A stretch of DNA of 64,000 nt, taken from the sequence record PQ416618.1. The stretch is one strand, 5' to 3'. Made by a program: the position numbers and the translations under genes. Position 1 is the first letter of the stretch, and each line of letters starts with the position of its first letter. The stretch is from Escherichia phage vB_VIPECOMC06. Positions 1-10,031 of the stretch are shown here, piece after piece. A model generated the notes under the pieces. The model made no database searches. It saw only the letters and a program-made list of their open reading frames with translations, and was not told where the DNA came from.

Positions 1-1
1 A

Positions 2-268
2 CGTCAACGTTCTAAACAAGGGTTGGATGCAATTCTTTCTCACATTCGTCAAGGCCGTTCGCAACTAGCCCGTACTATGGGCACTAACAATATTGAATAT
101 GATGTAATCTTTGTTGCAGCTAAGAACATGAAACCCCTGACTACTGGTTACGGTAAAGGACAATTGGCTCTGGCATTCACTCGCAATCATACATCAGAAT
201 ATCAAACACTCACTGAAATGAACCGTCTTCTGGCAGATAATTTCAAATTCATTCTGCAGAGTTACTAA
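2..268 (+). CDS. ndd: Nucleoid disruption protein Ndd, C-terminal part (5' end lies outside the window)
   Basis: Frame is open to the window edge; translation (…[25 protein letters not shown]…[20 protein letters not shown]…NFKFILQSY) matches my recollection of the T4 Ndd C-terminus; located upstream of gene 52 as in T4. Confidence 0.75.
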   Translation, partial: RQRSKQGLDAILSHIRQGRSQLARTMGTNNIEYDVIFVAAKNMKPLTTGYGKGQLALAFTRNHTSEYQTLTEMNRLLADNFKFILQSY

Positions 269-320
269 TTTATACAGGCCTATTAAGCTAGGCCTTTAAT
301 TTATTTTTGAGGTAATTAAA

Positions 321-470
321 ATGGTAGCATGGATTATTGCATTGCTGTGTTGGTCGTTTTTATTCGTTAACACTTTAGTTACAGGCGAAACAACAGTATT
401 TCAACAGGCTGTGTCACAAGGTACCTTAGCGGTCTTAGCTCTTCTTAACGTATTAAAAGGCGAGCAATGA
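321..470 (+). CDS. Small hydrophobic membrane protein, 49 aa (below ORF-track cutoff); positional candidate for T4 ac
   Basis: ATG at 321 preceded by GAGGT; translation MVAWIIALLCWSFLFVNTLVTGETTVFQQAVSQGTLAVLALLNVLKGEQ; stop overlaps next start (ATGA). Confidence 0.45.
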   Translation: MVAWIIALLCWSFLFVNTLVTGETTVFQQAVSQGTLAVLALLNVLKGEQ

Positions 471-607
471 TTAAGAAAATCTTAGCAGGAGCCTTCGGGC
501 TCTTGTTGTTGCTTACTGTTCTGTACTACGGTGTGATGTTTGGGCTAATCCAAGTAGTGCTTTTCATTTCGGATGTTATAATGGTTATTCGTTCATTAGT
601 ATGGTGA
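467..607 (+). CDS. Small hydrophobic membrane protein, 46 aa (below ORF-track cutoff)
   Basis: ATG overlapping previous stop; translation MIKKILAGAFGLLLLLTVLYYGVMFGLIQVVLFISDVIMVIRSLVW; ends 4 nt before gene 52. Confidence 0.4.
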   Translation: MIKKILAGAFGLLLLLTVLYYGVMFGLIQVVLFISDVIMVIRSLVW

Positions 608-611
608 AAAT

Positions 612-1937
612 ATGCAATTGAATTCTCGTAATCTAAAAAGTATTATTGATAACGAAGCCTTAGCATATGCGATGTACACCGTTGAAAACCGTGCAATCCC
701 AAACATGATTGATGGATTTAAGCCGGTTCAACGTTTTGTGGTTCATCGTGCGTTAGATTTGGCTCGTGGTAATAAAGAAAAATTTCATAAACTTGCGTCA
801 ATTGCAGGCGGTGTTGCAGATTTAGGTTATCATCATGGCGAATCTTCTGCACAAGATGCAGGTGCATTGATGGCTAACACATGGAACAACAACTATCCAC
901 TGTTAGATGGCCAAGGCAACTTTGGTTCTCGAACAGTCCAAAAAGCTGCAGCATCTCGTTATATTTTTGCTCGTGTAAGTAAAAATTTCTATAACGTATA
1001 TAAAGATACTGAATATGCTCCAGCTCATGAAGATAAAGAACACATTCCACCAAAATTCTATCTTCCTATTATTCCGACAGTTCTTTTGAATGGTGTCTCT
1101 GGTATTGCAACCGGTTACGCAACAAATATTCTGCCTCATAGTTTTAAAACAGTCAAAAAGGCTGTATTACAAGCTCTTCAAGGTAAAAATGTCACTAAGC
1201 CAAAAGTTGAATTCCCGGAATTCCGTGGTGAAGTACATGAAGTTGATGGGCGTTATGAGATTCACGGAACATATAAGTTCACATCTCGCACTCAAATGCA
1301 GATAACTGAAATCCCATATAAATTCGACCGTGAAACGTATGTGAGTAAGGTTCTTGACCCGTTGGAAGACAAAGGTCTAATCTCATGGGAAGATGATTGC
1401 GGTGAACACGGCTTTGGGTTTAAGGTGAAGTTCCGTAAAGAGTACTCGCTTCCTGATGATGAAGAGCTACGTCATGAAAAAATCATGAAAGATTTTAGTC
1501 TCATCGAACGTCGTTCACAAAACATCACAGTGATTAATGAAAAGGGTAAATTAGCGGTCTATGATAACGTAGTGGACTTAATCAAAGATTTTGTTGAAGT
1601 CCGTAAGACTTACGTTCAAAAACGTATTGACAACAAAATCCTTGAATCTGAAAAAGCATTTAAACTGGCTTTTGCTAAGGCACACTTCATCAAAAAAGTT
1701 ATTACAGGTGAAATTGTGATTCAGGGCAAGACTCGTAAAGCTTTGACTGAAGAGCTAGCACAAATCGAAATGTACAAAGAACATGTCGATAAACTGGTAG
1801 GCCTTAACATCTTCCATATCACTTCCGACGAAGCACGTAAACTGGCAGAAGAAGCTAAAGCTAAGAAAGAAGAAAATGAGTATTGGAAGTCTACCGATGT
1901 TGTGACAGAGTACACTAAAGACTTGGAGGCACTTTGA
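612..1937 (+). CDS. 52: DNA topoisomerase II medium subunit (gp52)
   Basis: 441 aa, GyrA-like N-terminus (NRAIPNMIDGFKPVQRF); length and sequence match T4 gp52; followed by motA as in T4. Confidence 0.95.
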   Translation: MQLNSRNLKSIIDNEALAYAMYTVENRAIPNMIDGFKPVQRFVVHRALDLARGNKEKFHKLASIAGGVADLGYHHGESSAQDAGALMANTWNNNYPLLDGQGNFGSRTVQKAAASRYIFARVSKNFYNVYKDTEYAPAHEDKEHIPPKFYLPIIPTVLLNGVSGIATGYATNILPHSFKTVKKAVLQALQGKNVTKPKVEFPEFRGEVHEVDGRYEIHGTYKFTSRTQMQITEIPYKFDRETYVSKVLDPLEDKGLISWEDDCGEHGFGFKVKFRKEYSLPDDEELRHEKIMKDFSLIERRSQNITVINEKGKLAVYDNVVDLIKDFVEVRKTYVQKRIDNKILESEKAFKLAFAKAHFIKKVITGEIVIQGKTRKALTEELAQIEMYKEHVDKLVGLNIFHITSDEARKLAEEAKAKKEENEYWKSTDVVTEYTKDLEAL

Positions 1938-2013
1938 GTGCCCTAGCCTTAGGATTTCTCGGTGCAATAGCTGCACTAGTGATTTGGCTGTATCGGTTGG
2001 ACAAACATGATTA

Positions 2014-2035
2014 GGGAGCTTCGGCTCCCTTTTGT
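2014..2035 (+). terminator. Intrinsic terminator hairpin (UUCG tetraloop) after gene 52
   Basis: GGGAGCTTCGGCTCCC followed by TTTTGTG. Confidence 0.65.
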
Positions 2036-2054
2036 GCATTTTTCTCACAAAACA

Positions 2055-2088
2055 GTTTACATGTGCTTCAAACATGATATTATAGACC
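2055..2088 (+). promoter_or_regulatory. Early (sigma70-type) promoter upstream of motA
   Basis: GTTTAC -35 and GATATTATAGAC extended -10 at T4-early spacing. Confidence 0.65.
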
Positions 2089-2122
2089 TATCAAAACAAA
2101 ACAACCAAATTGGAGAAATAAA

Positions 2123-2755
2123 ATGTCTAAAGTTACTTACATCATCAAAGCTTCTGAAAACGCTCTGAATGAAAAAACTGCTGCAATAATGGTTTATATC
2201 ATTAAGAACAACTTCACCACTGCTGCCAATGTCCGTGAAGCTCTGGAAGCGGAATACAATGCATCAGTTGTTAACTCTAACATTGGTGTATTGATTAAGA
2301 AAGGTTTAGTCGAAAAATCCGGTGATGGACTTATAGCAACAGGCGAAGCAATGGATATTATCCAAAAAGCTGCAGACCTCTTTGCCCAAGAAAATGCTCC
2401 AGAACTTCTTCAGAAACGTAACACTAGAAAAGCACGTGGAGTTACTCCTGAAATGCATGAATTAGCAAACTTTGTTTTTGAAAATATTAAAGATAAAGTT
2501 GAAGTTAAAGAAATTGGTGAAAACCGTAGTAACTTGGAAGTTCGATTTGCAAAACGAGTTCTAGGTATTCGTCAGATCGAAATTCGTCGAGATGGTTGTC
2601 TTAGAATATTTGCATACAACATGTCAGAAACTGAATCAAAACTGTTTACTTCTCTTGAAAATGATGTTAAAATTAAGATCGGTGGTAAATATACTTACAT
2701 TGACTTCCCTAATGTATCCAAAGAAATCATTACCCTTGTAACTAACGTACTGTGA
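2123..2755 (+). CDS. motA: Middle-transcription activator MotA
   Basis: 210 aa; MSKVTYIIKAS…SNIGVLIKKGLVEKSGDGLI… matches T4 MotA; RBS GGAGAAA. Confidence 0.95.
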   Translation: MSKVTYIIKASENALNEKTAAIMVYIIKNNFTTAANVREALEAEYNASVVNSNIGVLIKKGLVEKSGDGLIATGEAMDIIQKAADLFAQENAPELLQKRNTRKARGVTPEMHELANFVFENIKDKVEVKEIGENRSNLEVRFAKRVLGIRQIEIRRDGCLRIFAYNMSETESKLFTSLENDVKIKIGGKYTYIDFPNVSKEIITLVTNVL

Positions 2756-2765
2756 GGAATACATA

Positions 2766-3110
2766 ATGAATAAGCTGAATATTATTAACGAACTTCGTAA
2801 ATGTGCAGAACCTACTCAGGAAGGATGGGATATTTGGTACCACGGGGCTTATTTAGGGACAATTGTAAAGATTAAAGCTGGGTTATATTTAATTATTCGC
2901 GAAAATTCTGAATTCCCTAATGGAGTAGCTCCTGGCGGTATACGTAAAAACTACATGGCAGCGATCAGTTCATTTGTTGATGCAGCTTACGAAATCTATA
3001 AAGAAGATTATAAAGAATATCAGCAGTCACAACCGGTTATTCGTTCGATTGGTGTAAATAAACAAGCACAAAAATCTATTTGGCAACGTATTAAGGAATG
3101 GTTTAAATGA
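2766..3110 (+). CDS. Hypothetical early protein (motA.1 position)
   Basis: 114-aa ORF, tightly packed, overlapping stop/start with next ORF. Confidence 0.6.
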   Translation: MNKLNIINELRKCAEPTQEGWDIWYHGAYLGTIVKIKAGLYLIIRENSEFPNGVAPGGIRKNYMAAISSFVDAAYEIYKEDYKEYQQSQPVIRSIGVNKQAQKSIWQRIKEWFK

Positions 3111-3568
3111 AATCATTTAAAGAACGTTTAGAGCTATTAGATTTGGCCTTGTCTCGTGAGACTCCTGAAAGTCTAGCAGAAAAATTCCAGTCCTATGGTT
3201 ATAATTATTCTGCTGATGATATAATGAATGAAGTTCCTGAAATCTGTTGGCAAACGTGTTATTGGAATAATGACCAAAAAGTTCAACGTGTTATAGTATG
3301 TGCAGCTAATAGGTTTAAATTGAAGAGTGGTGGAACTCTGGTTATTCCTGGAGTTCGTCATTACTCTAAAGATATGGCTGAAGTACTTGATATAGTTGGT
3401 CCTCAATTAGTCTCTCAACAAGTTTGTGGTGACGATCAAGGCTTTATCGACCAATACTCTAATTATTGGACTCGTGAAGAAGCAATGATTATTGCAACGT
3501 ATGCTGGACAGGTACGTATTGAACGTGGCGGAAGCGAGAAAGAACTTTATTCAGAGGACCTTTATTAA
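3107..3568 (+). CDS. Hypothetical protein, 153 aa
   Basis: ORF with coupled stop/start; no recognisable family. Confidence 0.6.
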   Translation: MKSFKERLELLDLALSRETPESLAEKFQSYGYNYSADDIMNEVPEICWQTCYWNNDQKVQRVIVCAANRFKLKSGGTLVIPGVRHYSKDMAEVLDIVGPQLVSQQVCGDDQGFIDQYSNYWTREEAMIIATYAGQVRIERGGSEKELYSEDLY

Positions 3569-3849
3569 TGAATATTAAACAACTCCAGAAAGATGCTATT
3601 GAATCACGTATCCAAGATATCAAACGTCTTAATCATATGATGGAAGAAAACTATGGTATGTATGCTAATCAGCCTGGTTGGGACGCTTTAGACCATCCTT
3701 ATTTGGTCAATTTATGTAAAGGTGATACGTTAGCAATTATTCGTGATGGGCTAAAACCTTTCTTGCGTGATATGTATATTAAAATGAACGAAGAAATTAT
3801 TAGCTCGTTGCAATATCAATTAAGGAAATTAGATGATGAGAATAATTGA
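3568..3849 (+). CDS. Hypothetical protein, 93 aa
   Basis: ORF in operon-like packing. Confidence 0.55.
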   Translation: MNIKQLQKDAIESRIQDIKRLNHMMEENYGMYANQPGWDALDHPYLVNLCKGDTLAIIRDGLKPFLRDMYIKMNEEIISSLQYQLRKLDDENN

Positions 3850-4060
3850 TTCTAAAGCAGATTATTTTAATTCTGTTAATGATAAGAATAAAGCTTTAAT
3901 TCGCCACTTTATTACTGAGATGGGATACACTGACTCTAAAGATTTGAAAGAGCACATTATCGAATGTTCTGTGGCTAAAAAGTTTTCTTTTACCGATAAA
4001 TGTTTAAACGAGGTTATAAAGCATTATGAACAATCTTGTAGCAAAACACGATTTCAATAA
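3833..4060 (+). CDS. Hypothetical protein, 75 aa
   Basis: ORF overlapping previous gene end. Confidence 0.5.
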   Translation: MMRIIDSKADYFNSVNDKNKALIRHFITEMGYTDSKDLKEHIIECSVAKKFSFTDKCLNEVIKHYEQSCSKTRFQ

Positions 4061-4134
4061 GGCTTCTGTTCATAAGGACAAGAAGAAATCAGAACTTCAA
4101 TCTAAACGCAAACAAAAACATAAGGGTAAAGACT

Positions 4135-4434
4135 ATGCTTACTAAAATCAAAGAAAATCCTGCCACTGAACTTGTTATTCGTTGTGAAGAACTTGCAGAG
4201 CTTTATCAGGTTAACCGAGAAGTGTATCGTAGTGTTATCATAGATATGGAAGATGAAGTCTGCTCTCGACTTGAGTTTAGTGTTGATTTCAGTCATTTTA
4301 AACCTGGTGAAATCACTATTGTATTTGGTTCTGACTACACCGAAGAACAGGCTCTTAATGCCCTAGAATATGAAATATCATTCTTCGACATACAGGACTA
4401 CATTGATAGTTATAAGGAACAATATGAGTCATAA
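4135..4434 (+). CDS. Acidic small protein, 99 aa; candidate Arn-like DNA mimic (by position and charge only)
   Basis: About 24 D/E in 99 aa; lies next to asiA where T4 carries arn; sequence identity to T4 Arn not verifiable from memory. Confidence 0.5.
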   Translation: MLTKIKENPATELVIRCEELAELYQVNREVYRSVIIDMEDEVCSRLEFSVDFSHFKPGEITIVFGSDYTEEQALNALEYEISFFDIQDYIDSYKEQYES

Positions 4435-4585
4435 TCTTCAGAACGTAGTAGAGGCCGAACGTGAGCGTGAGGCTTTAGTCTATAATGAACTATTAGCTCA
4501 GTTCTTAGCCTTACACTCGTATGAACAGGAAGACTATACCAATTACGTTAAAAGCGTAGAAAAAGCCGTTTACAATCAACACTGA
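4424..4585 (+). CDS. Hypothetical small protein, 53 aa (ATG start inside track ORF 4370..4585)
   Basis: ATG at 4424 preceded by AAGGAA; overlaps upstream stop by 11 nt. Confidence 0.35.
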   Translation: MSHNLQNVVEAEREREALVYNELLAQFLALHSYEQEDYTNYVKSVEKAVYNQH

Positions 4586-4631
4586 TAATGGTACTATATC
4601 CATATCAACTAAGTGGAATGAATAAAACGTT

Positions 4632-4904
4632 ATGAATAAAGACATTGAAATCGTACGTGAAATTATTACTATTGCTTCTATTTTGATTAAATTCTCTAGG
4701 GAAGATATTGTTGAAGACCGAGCAAGTTTCATCGGATTCTTGAATGAGATTGGAATTAAAAAAGATGGTCGGCAGCTAAATCAGAATTCGTTCAGAAAAC
4801 TAATTACAAATTTAACTGCCGAAGAAAAGAAAACACTGATTAGTGAATTCAACGAAGGTTTTGAAAATATTTATCGTCATTTAGCGATGTATTCTAACAA
4901 CTAA
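4632..4904 (+). CDS. asiA: Anti-sigma70 factor AsiA
   Basis: 90 aa; MNKDIEIVREIITIASILIKFSREDIVE… nearly identical to T4 AsiA. Confidence 0.95.
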   Translation: MNKDIEIVREIITIASILIKFSREDIVEDRASFIGFLNEIGIKKDGRQLNQNSFRKLITNLTAEEKKTLISEFNEGFENIYRHLAMYSNN

Positions 4905-5564
4905 TTATTTGGCCCTTCCTAGTATTCGGATCGCTTGGTTGCATATAGCCGCTAAGCGATCTTCCTCAAGTATATTACTCCCCTTATACCAATACATCGT
5001 CACAGTTCCGGCATAGATGTTATCCAAATTAAAGTATGGACAACTATACATATAAGAAAGTTCAGCAGTCTTAGATTTTGTAGGCAAAAATGCAAATTCT
5101 GATTTAGATGAGAAATGACGGCCACTTAAATGAATTATATATTCATTGGCCGTTTTATCCACCGGGAATCCGCCAAGGGACTTTTCAGAAATTGTGCTAG
5201 GTAGTTTGCCTTCATAAGCTATAAGGTCGACGAAATAATTTAAGTTTTTAGGTCTGAAAGAATACACAGCACTAAAATCTGCACCAGATGAGATATGAAC
5301 TATTTGCAGTTGTTCTAGAGCCGCAGATTCAAAACGTAAAGCTCGTTCTTTTTGGATTATTTCAGTATAAGTATCATACTTAGCTCTTACGTAATAATCC
5401 AGCAAAATACTTCCTTTGTACCATATTAGTGCCATTAGGAACAAAAGAATAATTACCGCTACTCGTGACATTAAAACCTTTCCAGTAGCGTTATCTTTGA
5501 AAATACGATCTAGCAACCCAAATAGAATATCACTAGGCGAAGATGATACTTTTGGTGTTGCCAT
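4905..5564 (-). CDS. t: Holin T
   Basis: 219 aa; N-terminus SPSDILFGLLDRIFKDNATGKVL, single TM, C-terminus …ILGRAK as in T4 gpt. Confidence 0.95.
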   Translation of the reverse strand: MATPKVSSSPSDILFGLLDRIFKDNATGKVLMSRVAVIILLFLMALIWYKGSILLDYYVRAKYDTYTEIIQKERALRFESAALEQLQIVHISSGADFSAVYSFRPKNLNYFVDLIAYEGKLPSTISEKSLGGFPVDKTANEYIIHLSGRHFSSKSEFAFLPTKSKTAELSYMYSCPYFNLDNIYAGTVTMYWYKGSNILEEDRLAAICNQAIRILGRAK

Positions 5565-5573
5565 AATACCTCC

Positions 5574-6125
5574 TTACTTAAAGATATTTATAATCGCTTT
5601 GACAATAGATTTGTTTTCAAGGTCAGGGAATTTGGGGAATTCACCGCCAAGATGTTCATGTTTTTCTAAAAGGGCAAAGAATTTTTTGAGCTCTTTAAAT
5701 TTTCGTTTTTCTTCTCTATTAGCAACCTCTGCGTCAATAAGAGAACTTAAAACACTGAATAATTTATAGAGTTCATGAATTTTCTTATCACGTTGAACTA
5801 CGCGTTTATATGCTTCATCTTCCTTCCACCCGTCGTCGGTCCAAATGTCAAATTCGCCAGGTTCTTCTGTAGTAACATTTTGAAGAGCCCCTGGAGTGTC
5901 AATAACAATTTTTTGCTTATCATAAGTCCATACTGTTTTTCCGCGATGGTCTTCAACATAAACCCATTCTTGCTCGCGTTCGTCAAATATAACAGCATAG
6001 CCTTCTTTATGGTCTAAAGGTTTTTTTGGTGTCGAATGAGCCGGAAATCCTACGCCTTTTAATGGTTTATAATTTTCTTCTTTGTAAAATTCTTTAGTGT
6101 CAAAATAATAGTGATAGAGTTTCAT
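5574..6125 (-). CDS. 38: gp38, T4-type long tail fibre assembly/receptor-recognition protein
   Basis: 183 aa; MKLYHYYFDTKEFYKEENYKP…ALLEKHEHLGGEFP matches T4 gp38. Confidence 0.9.
   Translation of the reverse strand: MKLYHYYFDTKEFYKEENYKPLKGVGFPAHSTPKKPLDHKEGYAVIFDEREQEWVYVEDHRGKTVWTYDKQKIVIDTPGALQNVTTEEPGEFDIWTDDGWKEDEAYKRVVQRDKKIHELYKLFSVLSSLIDAEVANREEKRKFKELKKFFALLEKHEHLGGEFPKFPDLENKSIVKAIINIFK
5586..5593 (-). promoter_or_regulatory. Late promoter (TATAAATA) for holin t
   Basis: TATAAATA on minus strand 22-29 nt upstream of t start, inside gp38 3' end. Confidence 0.6.
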
Positions 6126-6132
6126 ATTATAA

Positions 6133-6150
6133 AAGGGACCGAAGTCCCTT
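6133..6150 (-). terminator. Stable UUCG hairpin between genes 37 and 38
   Basis: AAGGGACCGAAGTCCCTT; on the minus strand the loop reads CUUCGG. Confidence 0.5.
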
Positions 6151-6154
6151 CTCC

Positions 6155-9100
6155 TTATGCTAAACGAACGATATAGTTAAAAGCAACGTTTTTAACTGTG
6201 TTTTCTGTATTTCCTGTGGCATTTACAGTTATTGTATGTCCATGGGAACCAATTGCAACAGTATGAGAATGAGCACCAATACCTACCGTATGGGTATGAG
6301 CACCAATACCAACAGTGTGGGCATGGTTACCCGTAGCGCTAGTAGTACCAGACCAACTATGGGTGTGGGCACCGTCTGAAGAAGTTTTGGCCATATTCGA
6401 CGATGCAGTAGCACCGCTCACGGATCCAGTGATTTTAGCGTTACCGTTTGGACCAGCACTATTGTATCCATCATAGAATATGCTAGCGGGTACGCCGCCT
6501 TGTATCTGAGGGCCTGAACGCGCGTGTTGGTGAGCACCGGCGGAACTAGTATTACCACTCACTGTATGGTTATGGTTGCCAGTGGTATTACTGGTCTTAG
6601 TACCATAATCAAAGCTTGAAGTCGTTTTGCTACCGTAATCAAAACTAGAAGTGGTCTTAGTACCCAAATCTGTGTTTGATGCACTTGCACTATGGCTATG
6701 TGACTTAACACCGTCTGCTTCTGTACTTAATACAGCACGCCCAGATGGTTTACCCTTGATAGTTTGACCACGCATATCAGGCAGAGAACCGGAAGGATAC
6801 ACAGCGGCTAACTTAGGATACAAGCCAGCATCAAATGTTTGACCTTCCATTATGGCATAACCTTCAGGAGGTGTATCAGTAGGCCAAGGAATCGGAGCAC
6901 CAATTGGATAACTTGAGACAATATCCGTCTTAAGGTTATTTATTGTGGTATTCAAGTTAGCAAAGTTACCAGAACCACCAGTAATATTACCATCAGTTCC
7001 TAGTTGGGCATTTCCGACTTTAAAGGGTTTAGTGATTGACACGAAATTATCACTTATAACAAGACCGTGTCCATACGATTGGCTATAAAGTGATAAATCA
7101 TTTCCAGAACCACCAAGACCAACATACCAAGATCTAGTTCCAGCTTTAGAACCCTGCAAATAATTAGCAGAAGAAGATGAAGGAGAATCTAGAGTAAGCG
7201 CTGCATTACGTTCATTAATAGTTACTGGACATATCATTTTAATAGTTTTAAGACTATTACTTACTTGTAATAATCCTGTACCAGATCCAGAATCTCCTAA
7301 ATGAACATCGTGCGACATTTTAACTGTGCCAGTGTTCAGTTCTATTGTCAATGGTCTAAGATTACTTATACCGCCTGATTCTCCAGCATCTTTAGGAGTC
7401 GGGATAATATATAATGATGCTTCTGAACGACGGAAAATTGCCCCGTATTCAGCATTCCAAATTCTTAATGCATCAGCTGTTCCGCCGATTTTAACTTGAC
7501 CAGTAATAGAAGAACCACCAGTTAAATTAAGCCCATTATTCATGGTCACAGCACCTTCATGTGTACTCAATCCTCCCACATAAAGGTTGCCAGTGGCGGT
7601 CAATGTTCCTTTTGCATTTAAAGAACCTGAAACTTGCATTAATACAGGGCCTATAGTTTCGTCACCTGTAGGCGCACCACGTTGAGAATAAAAATGGTAT
7701 CCTTGTCCGTCACTAACTTCAAATACAGTTTCACGATATTTATCACCAGTGGTGTTAAATGCATTACCCCATGCTTTAACAGTTACATAACTCTTATTCT
7801 GACCTGCTCGAGTACCACCTTCCCACATGATTTGCTTAGTGCCATCAATACCTGAAGCTGCTTTAAAAACTAGAGAAGCATTAGTTCCATCACCATTAAA
7901 ATATAATCCATTATTAAGTTTTAATGTTTGAACAGAAGCGATGGTACCATCAGCACGTAAATTTAATGAATTTGAACCAGTTTTAAGATCTAAAATTCCT
8001 GGTTCAACAAGAAGTCCATCGCCCATGCTAACAGACATACGACCCGTGCCGCGGAAATAGTGATACATTTTAGAATTACTGCTATAACCAATATGAGTCT
8101 GCCCATCGCCGTTATTATTACCATCAACATCGGTGCGTGCGGTAAACATTGCTTGGTTGTTATTTGGAAAATCCCAAGTAGAACCGGAATCTCGACTATA
8201 ACCAACCGTCAATTTTTTAGTACTATTAATACCATTATTCAAAATGGTAGCGGTTGAAATACTGTTAGCCATTAAGTCAATAACGCCATCACGGACCCAT
8301 TTAATACCAGTATCGTTATCGCCAATTGCAATACCAATGGAAATGGCAGACTCTAAAGGATAACGCCCATTTGTACCATTATCAGGAAGACCTACTGAAA
8401 TAGATTTACCTGCGGTAATACGCCCGGAAGTATCAAACGCCCATTGGAAATATTGAGCACCAGTCCCTGTCCACCAAGAAATTTCGTGTGGTTTACCTGA
8501 ACGAGCATCAGCAATTTCATGGAAAATAGCAGAAGAAACATGTCCGCGGAATTTACGAAGGTAGTTTATACCATTAGTATCCAAATCCGTTTCGGTTGGA
8601 GTATAGCGCCAAGTCGGTAATGAAACTAAATCATATGCAGTATCAATATTAGTGTCCCAAGATTTAGTGCTCACATTGATATTTTTGGTAATAACTTTAG
8701 GACCAATTAAAGAACCAGCTTTAGTTTCAATATTACTTTGAGTAACTAAATATCCATTAGCTACTAATAAATTTCCGGAATCAACTTGAAAATTACCATT
8801 ACGGTTAAAGGTCCAATATTTCGAAGTGCCTGTTTCATCAATATAATGCATCTTCATTGAGCCTTCATTAACTAAGGTCCCTAATGAGAAAGTACCATCT
8901 TTATAACGTTGCTTAATTAACGGGTTATATTCTGAAGTAGCGGTTGATGCGGAAATATCCATGAAAATAGGGGCTTTTGCCGTGTGTTGACCAGCCCAAG
9001 AACCAACTCCGGTGGCCTTATAAGCAAATTCGATATATCCACCAGATGCAACATTTTGTGAGCCTATTAAATTAAATGTACCTGTCTGAGTATAGTTACC

Positions 9101-9295
9101 TACATGAGTTACATTACCGTTAATATCCCCGCCTTTAGCAAAACCCAGATCAATGATATTTCCTAAATCATCTTTAGTAAAAATTGTTCTATCTTTTAAG
9201 TTTATAGCCAATTCACCTTCGGCTAATACTGAAGCAGCAGGGCGTGCACCTGCGGTTTTGCTTCTTTTAAATTGTATTTGTTTTAAAGTAGCCAT
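6155..9295 (-). CDS. 37: Long tail fibre distal subunit gp37
   Basis: 1046 aa; N-terminus [21 protein letters not shown]…; C-terminal His-x-His-x-Thr repeats typical of the gp37 needle. Confidence 0.95.
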   Translation of the reverse strand: MATLKQIQFKRSKTAGARPAASVLAEGELAINLKDRTIFTKDDLGNIIDLGFAKGGDINGNVTHVGNYTQTGTFNLIGSQNVASGGYIEFAYKATGVGSWAGQHTAKAPIFMDISASTATSEYNPLIKQRYKDGTFSLGTLVNEGSMKMHYIDETGTSKYWTFNRNGNFQVDSGNLLVANGYLVTQSNIETKAGSLIGPKVITKNINVSTKSWDTNIDTAYDLVSLPTWRYTPTETDLDTNGINYLRKFRGHVSSAIFHEIADARSGKPHEISWWTGTGAQYFQWAFDTSGRITAGKSISVGLPDNGTNGRYPLESAISIGIAIGDNDTGIKWVRDGVIDLMANSISTATILNNGINSTKKLTVGYSRDSGSTWDFPNNNQAMFTARTDVDGNNNGDGQTHIGYSSNSKMYHYFRGTGRMSVSMGDGLLVEPGILDLKTGSNSLNLRADGTIASVQTLKLNNGLYFNGDGTNASLVFKAASGIDGTKQIMWEGGTRAGQNKSYVTVKAWGNAFNTTGDKYRETVFEVSDGQGYHFYSQRGAPTGDETIGPVLMQVSGSLNAKGTLTATGNLYVGGLSTHEGAVTMNNGLNLTGGSSITGQVKIGGTADALRIWNAEYGAIFRRSEASLYIIPTPKDAGESGGISNLRPLTIELNTGTVKMSHDVHLGDSGSGTGLLQVSNSLKTIKMICPVTINERNAALTLDSPSSSSANYLQGSKAGTRSWYVGLGGSGNDLSLYSQSYGHGLVISDNFVSITKPFKVGNAQLGTDGNITGGSGNFANLNTTINNLKTDIVSSYPIGAPIPWPTDTPPEGYAIMEGQTFDAGLYPKLAAVYPSGSLPDMRGQTIKGKPSGRAVLSTEADGVKSHSHSASASNTDLGTKTTSSFDYGSKTTSSFDYGTKTSNTTGNHNHTVSGNTSSAGAHQHARSGPQIQGGVPASIFYDGYNSAGPNGNAKITGSVSGATASSNMAKTSSDGAHTHSWSGTTSATGNHAHTVGIGAHTHTVGIGAHSHTVAIGSHGHTITVNATGNTENTVKNVAFNYIVRLA
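6230..6345 (-). repeat. In-frame tandem His-x-His-x-Thr-Val-(Gly/Ala)-Ile-Gly coding repeats at the gp37 C-terminus
   Basis: Protein segment [36 protein letters not shown]; DNA shows repeated ATGAGCACCAATACC-like units. Confidence 0.7.
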
Positions 9296-9303
9296 AAGTC
9301 CTC

Positions 9304-9969
9304 TTAATAATAGCCGAAATCTTGAACAGAATCCTTAATTACGATTTGGTCGAAACGAGGAACATGATTAGCCTCAGACGCCGGATTCTGTGAGAAAAAG
9401 TTTGGTGCTGTTAAAGTACCAGTCATGGTGTCGCCTTTACGCAATACACGGGAATTTGCGTTATCCGTAACAATATTTATTCGTCCATCAACATAGTCCT
9501 TTCTAGTAAGGTCATTCGCTGCTACAGGAGCAGTAGCGTTAGAACGGACAGGACCAGTTGCATAAATACCACCTTTAGTGCTGATATCACCAGTACGAGT
9601 GTTAACAACAACAGTTCTACCTGCAGATCCTTGTGATGATTTAAAACCAATGCCATACCATGAAACAATATCAATATTTGCTGTATCAAAAGTAGCAGCA
9701 TCGCCATTGCCAGGATAAATACCACTTTGATTTGTGTTATTTACGGCATAAGGTACTTGCACACCATTATTAAATGTTACTCGAGCGGCATACGTACCAC
9801 CATTAGCTTTAGAAACAAAATCGTTATCAGCCGCTTGTGGTTTATTATATTCTGAATAGAGTTTAAACGTTTTATACAGGACGTCATCACCTGCTGGCAT
9901 TAAAGGGAAATTACCTTGATGCCATATAACGGCACCGCCAGTTGTACTACCAGCTTTTAAATCGGCCAT
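9304..9969 (-). CDS. 36: Long tail fibre hinge connector gp36
   Basis: 221 aa, same size as T4 gp36; sits between 35 and 37. Confidence 0.9.
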   Translation of the reverse strand: MADLKAGSTTGGAVIWHQGNFPLMPAGDDVLYKTFKLYSEYNKPQAADNDFVSKANGGTYAARVTFNNGVQVPYAVNNTNQSGIYPGNGDAATFDTANIDIVSWYGIGFKSSQGSAGRTVVVNTRTGDISTKGGIYATGPVRSNATAPVAANDLTRKDYVDGRINIVTDNANSRVLRKGDTMTGTLTAPNFFSQNPASEANHVPRFDQIVIKDSVQDFGYY

Positions 9970-9993
9970 AGTTGTCTCCTTATATGTATACCA

Positions 9994-10001
9994 TATTTAT
10001 A
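9994..10001 (-). promoter_or_regulatory. Late promoter for gene 36
   Basis: TATAAATA on minus strand about 25 nt upstream of gp36 start. Confidence 0.65.
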
Positions 10002-10008
10002 CAAAAAT

Positions 10009-10026
10009 GGGAGACCGAAGTCTCCC
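10009..10026 (-). terminator. Stable UUCG hairpin between genes 35 and 36
   Basis: GGGAGACCGAAGTCTCCC with flanking T run on minus strand. Confidence 0.5.
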
Positions 10027-10031
10027 TAAAT

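Noticed and set aside
1938-2013. Possible short hydrophobic peptide frame (…ALGFLGAIAALVIWLYRLDKHD) directly after gene 52
   Set aside because: No ATG start or RBS identified (only a TTG inside the gene 52 stop region); kept as unproven.
1755-2075. 106-aa minus-strand ORF overlapping the 3' end of gene 52 and the terminator
   Set aside because: Antisense to a confidently identified conserved gene; Cys/His-rich low-complexity translation typical of wrong-frame reading.
4026-4145. 39-codon Lys-rich frame (MNNLVAKHDFNKASVHKDKKKSELQSKRKQKHKGKDYAY) overlapping the ends of two neighbouring ORFs
   Set aside because: No RBS and overlaps two better-supported ORFs; could be real but evidence is insufficient.
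5416-5769. 117-aa plus-strand ORF across the t/gp38 junction
   Set aside because: Antisense to holin t and gp38, both confidently identified; no start context.
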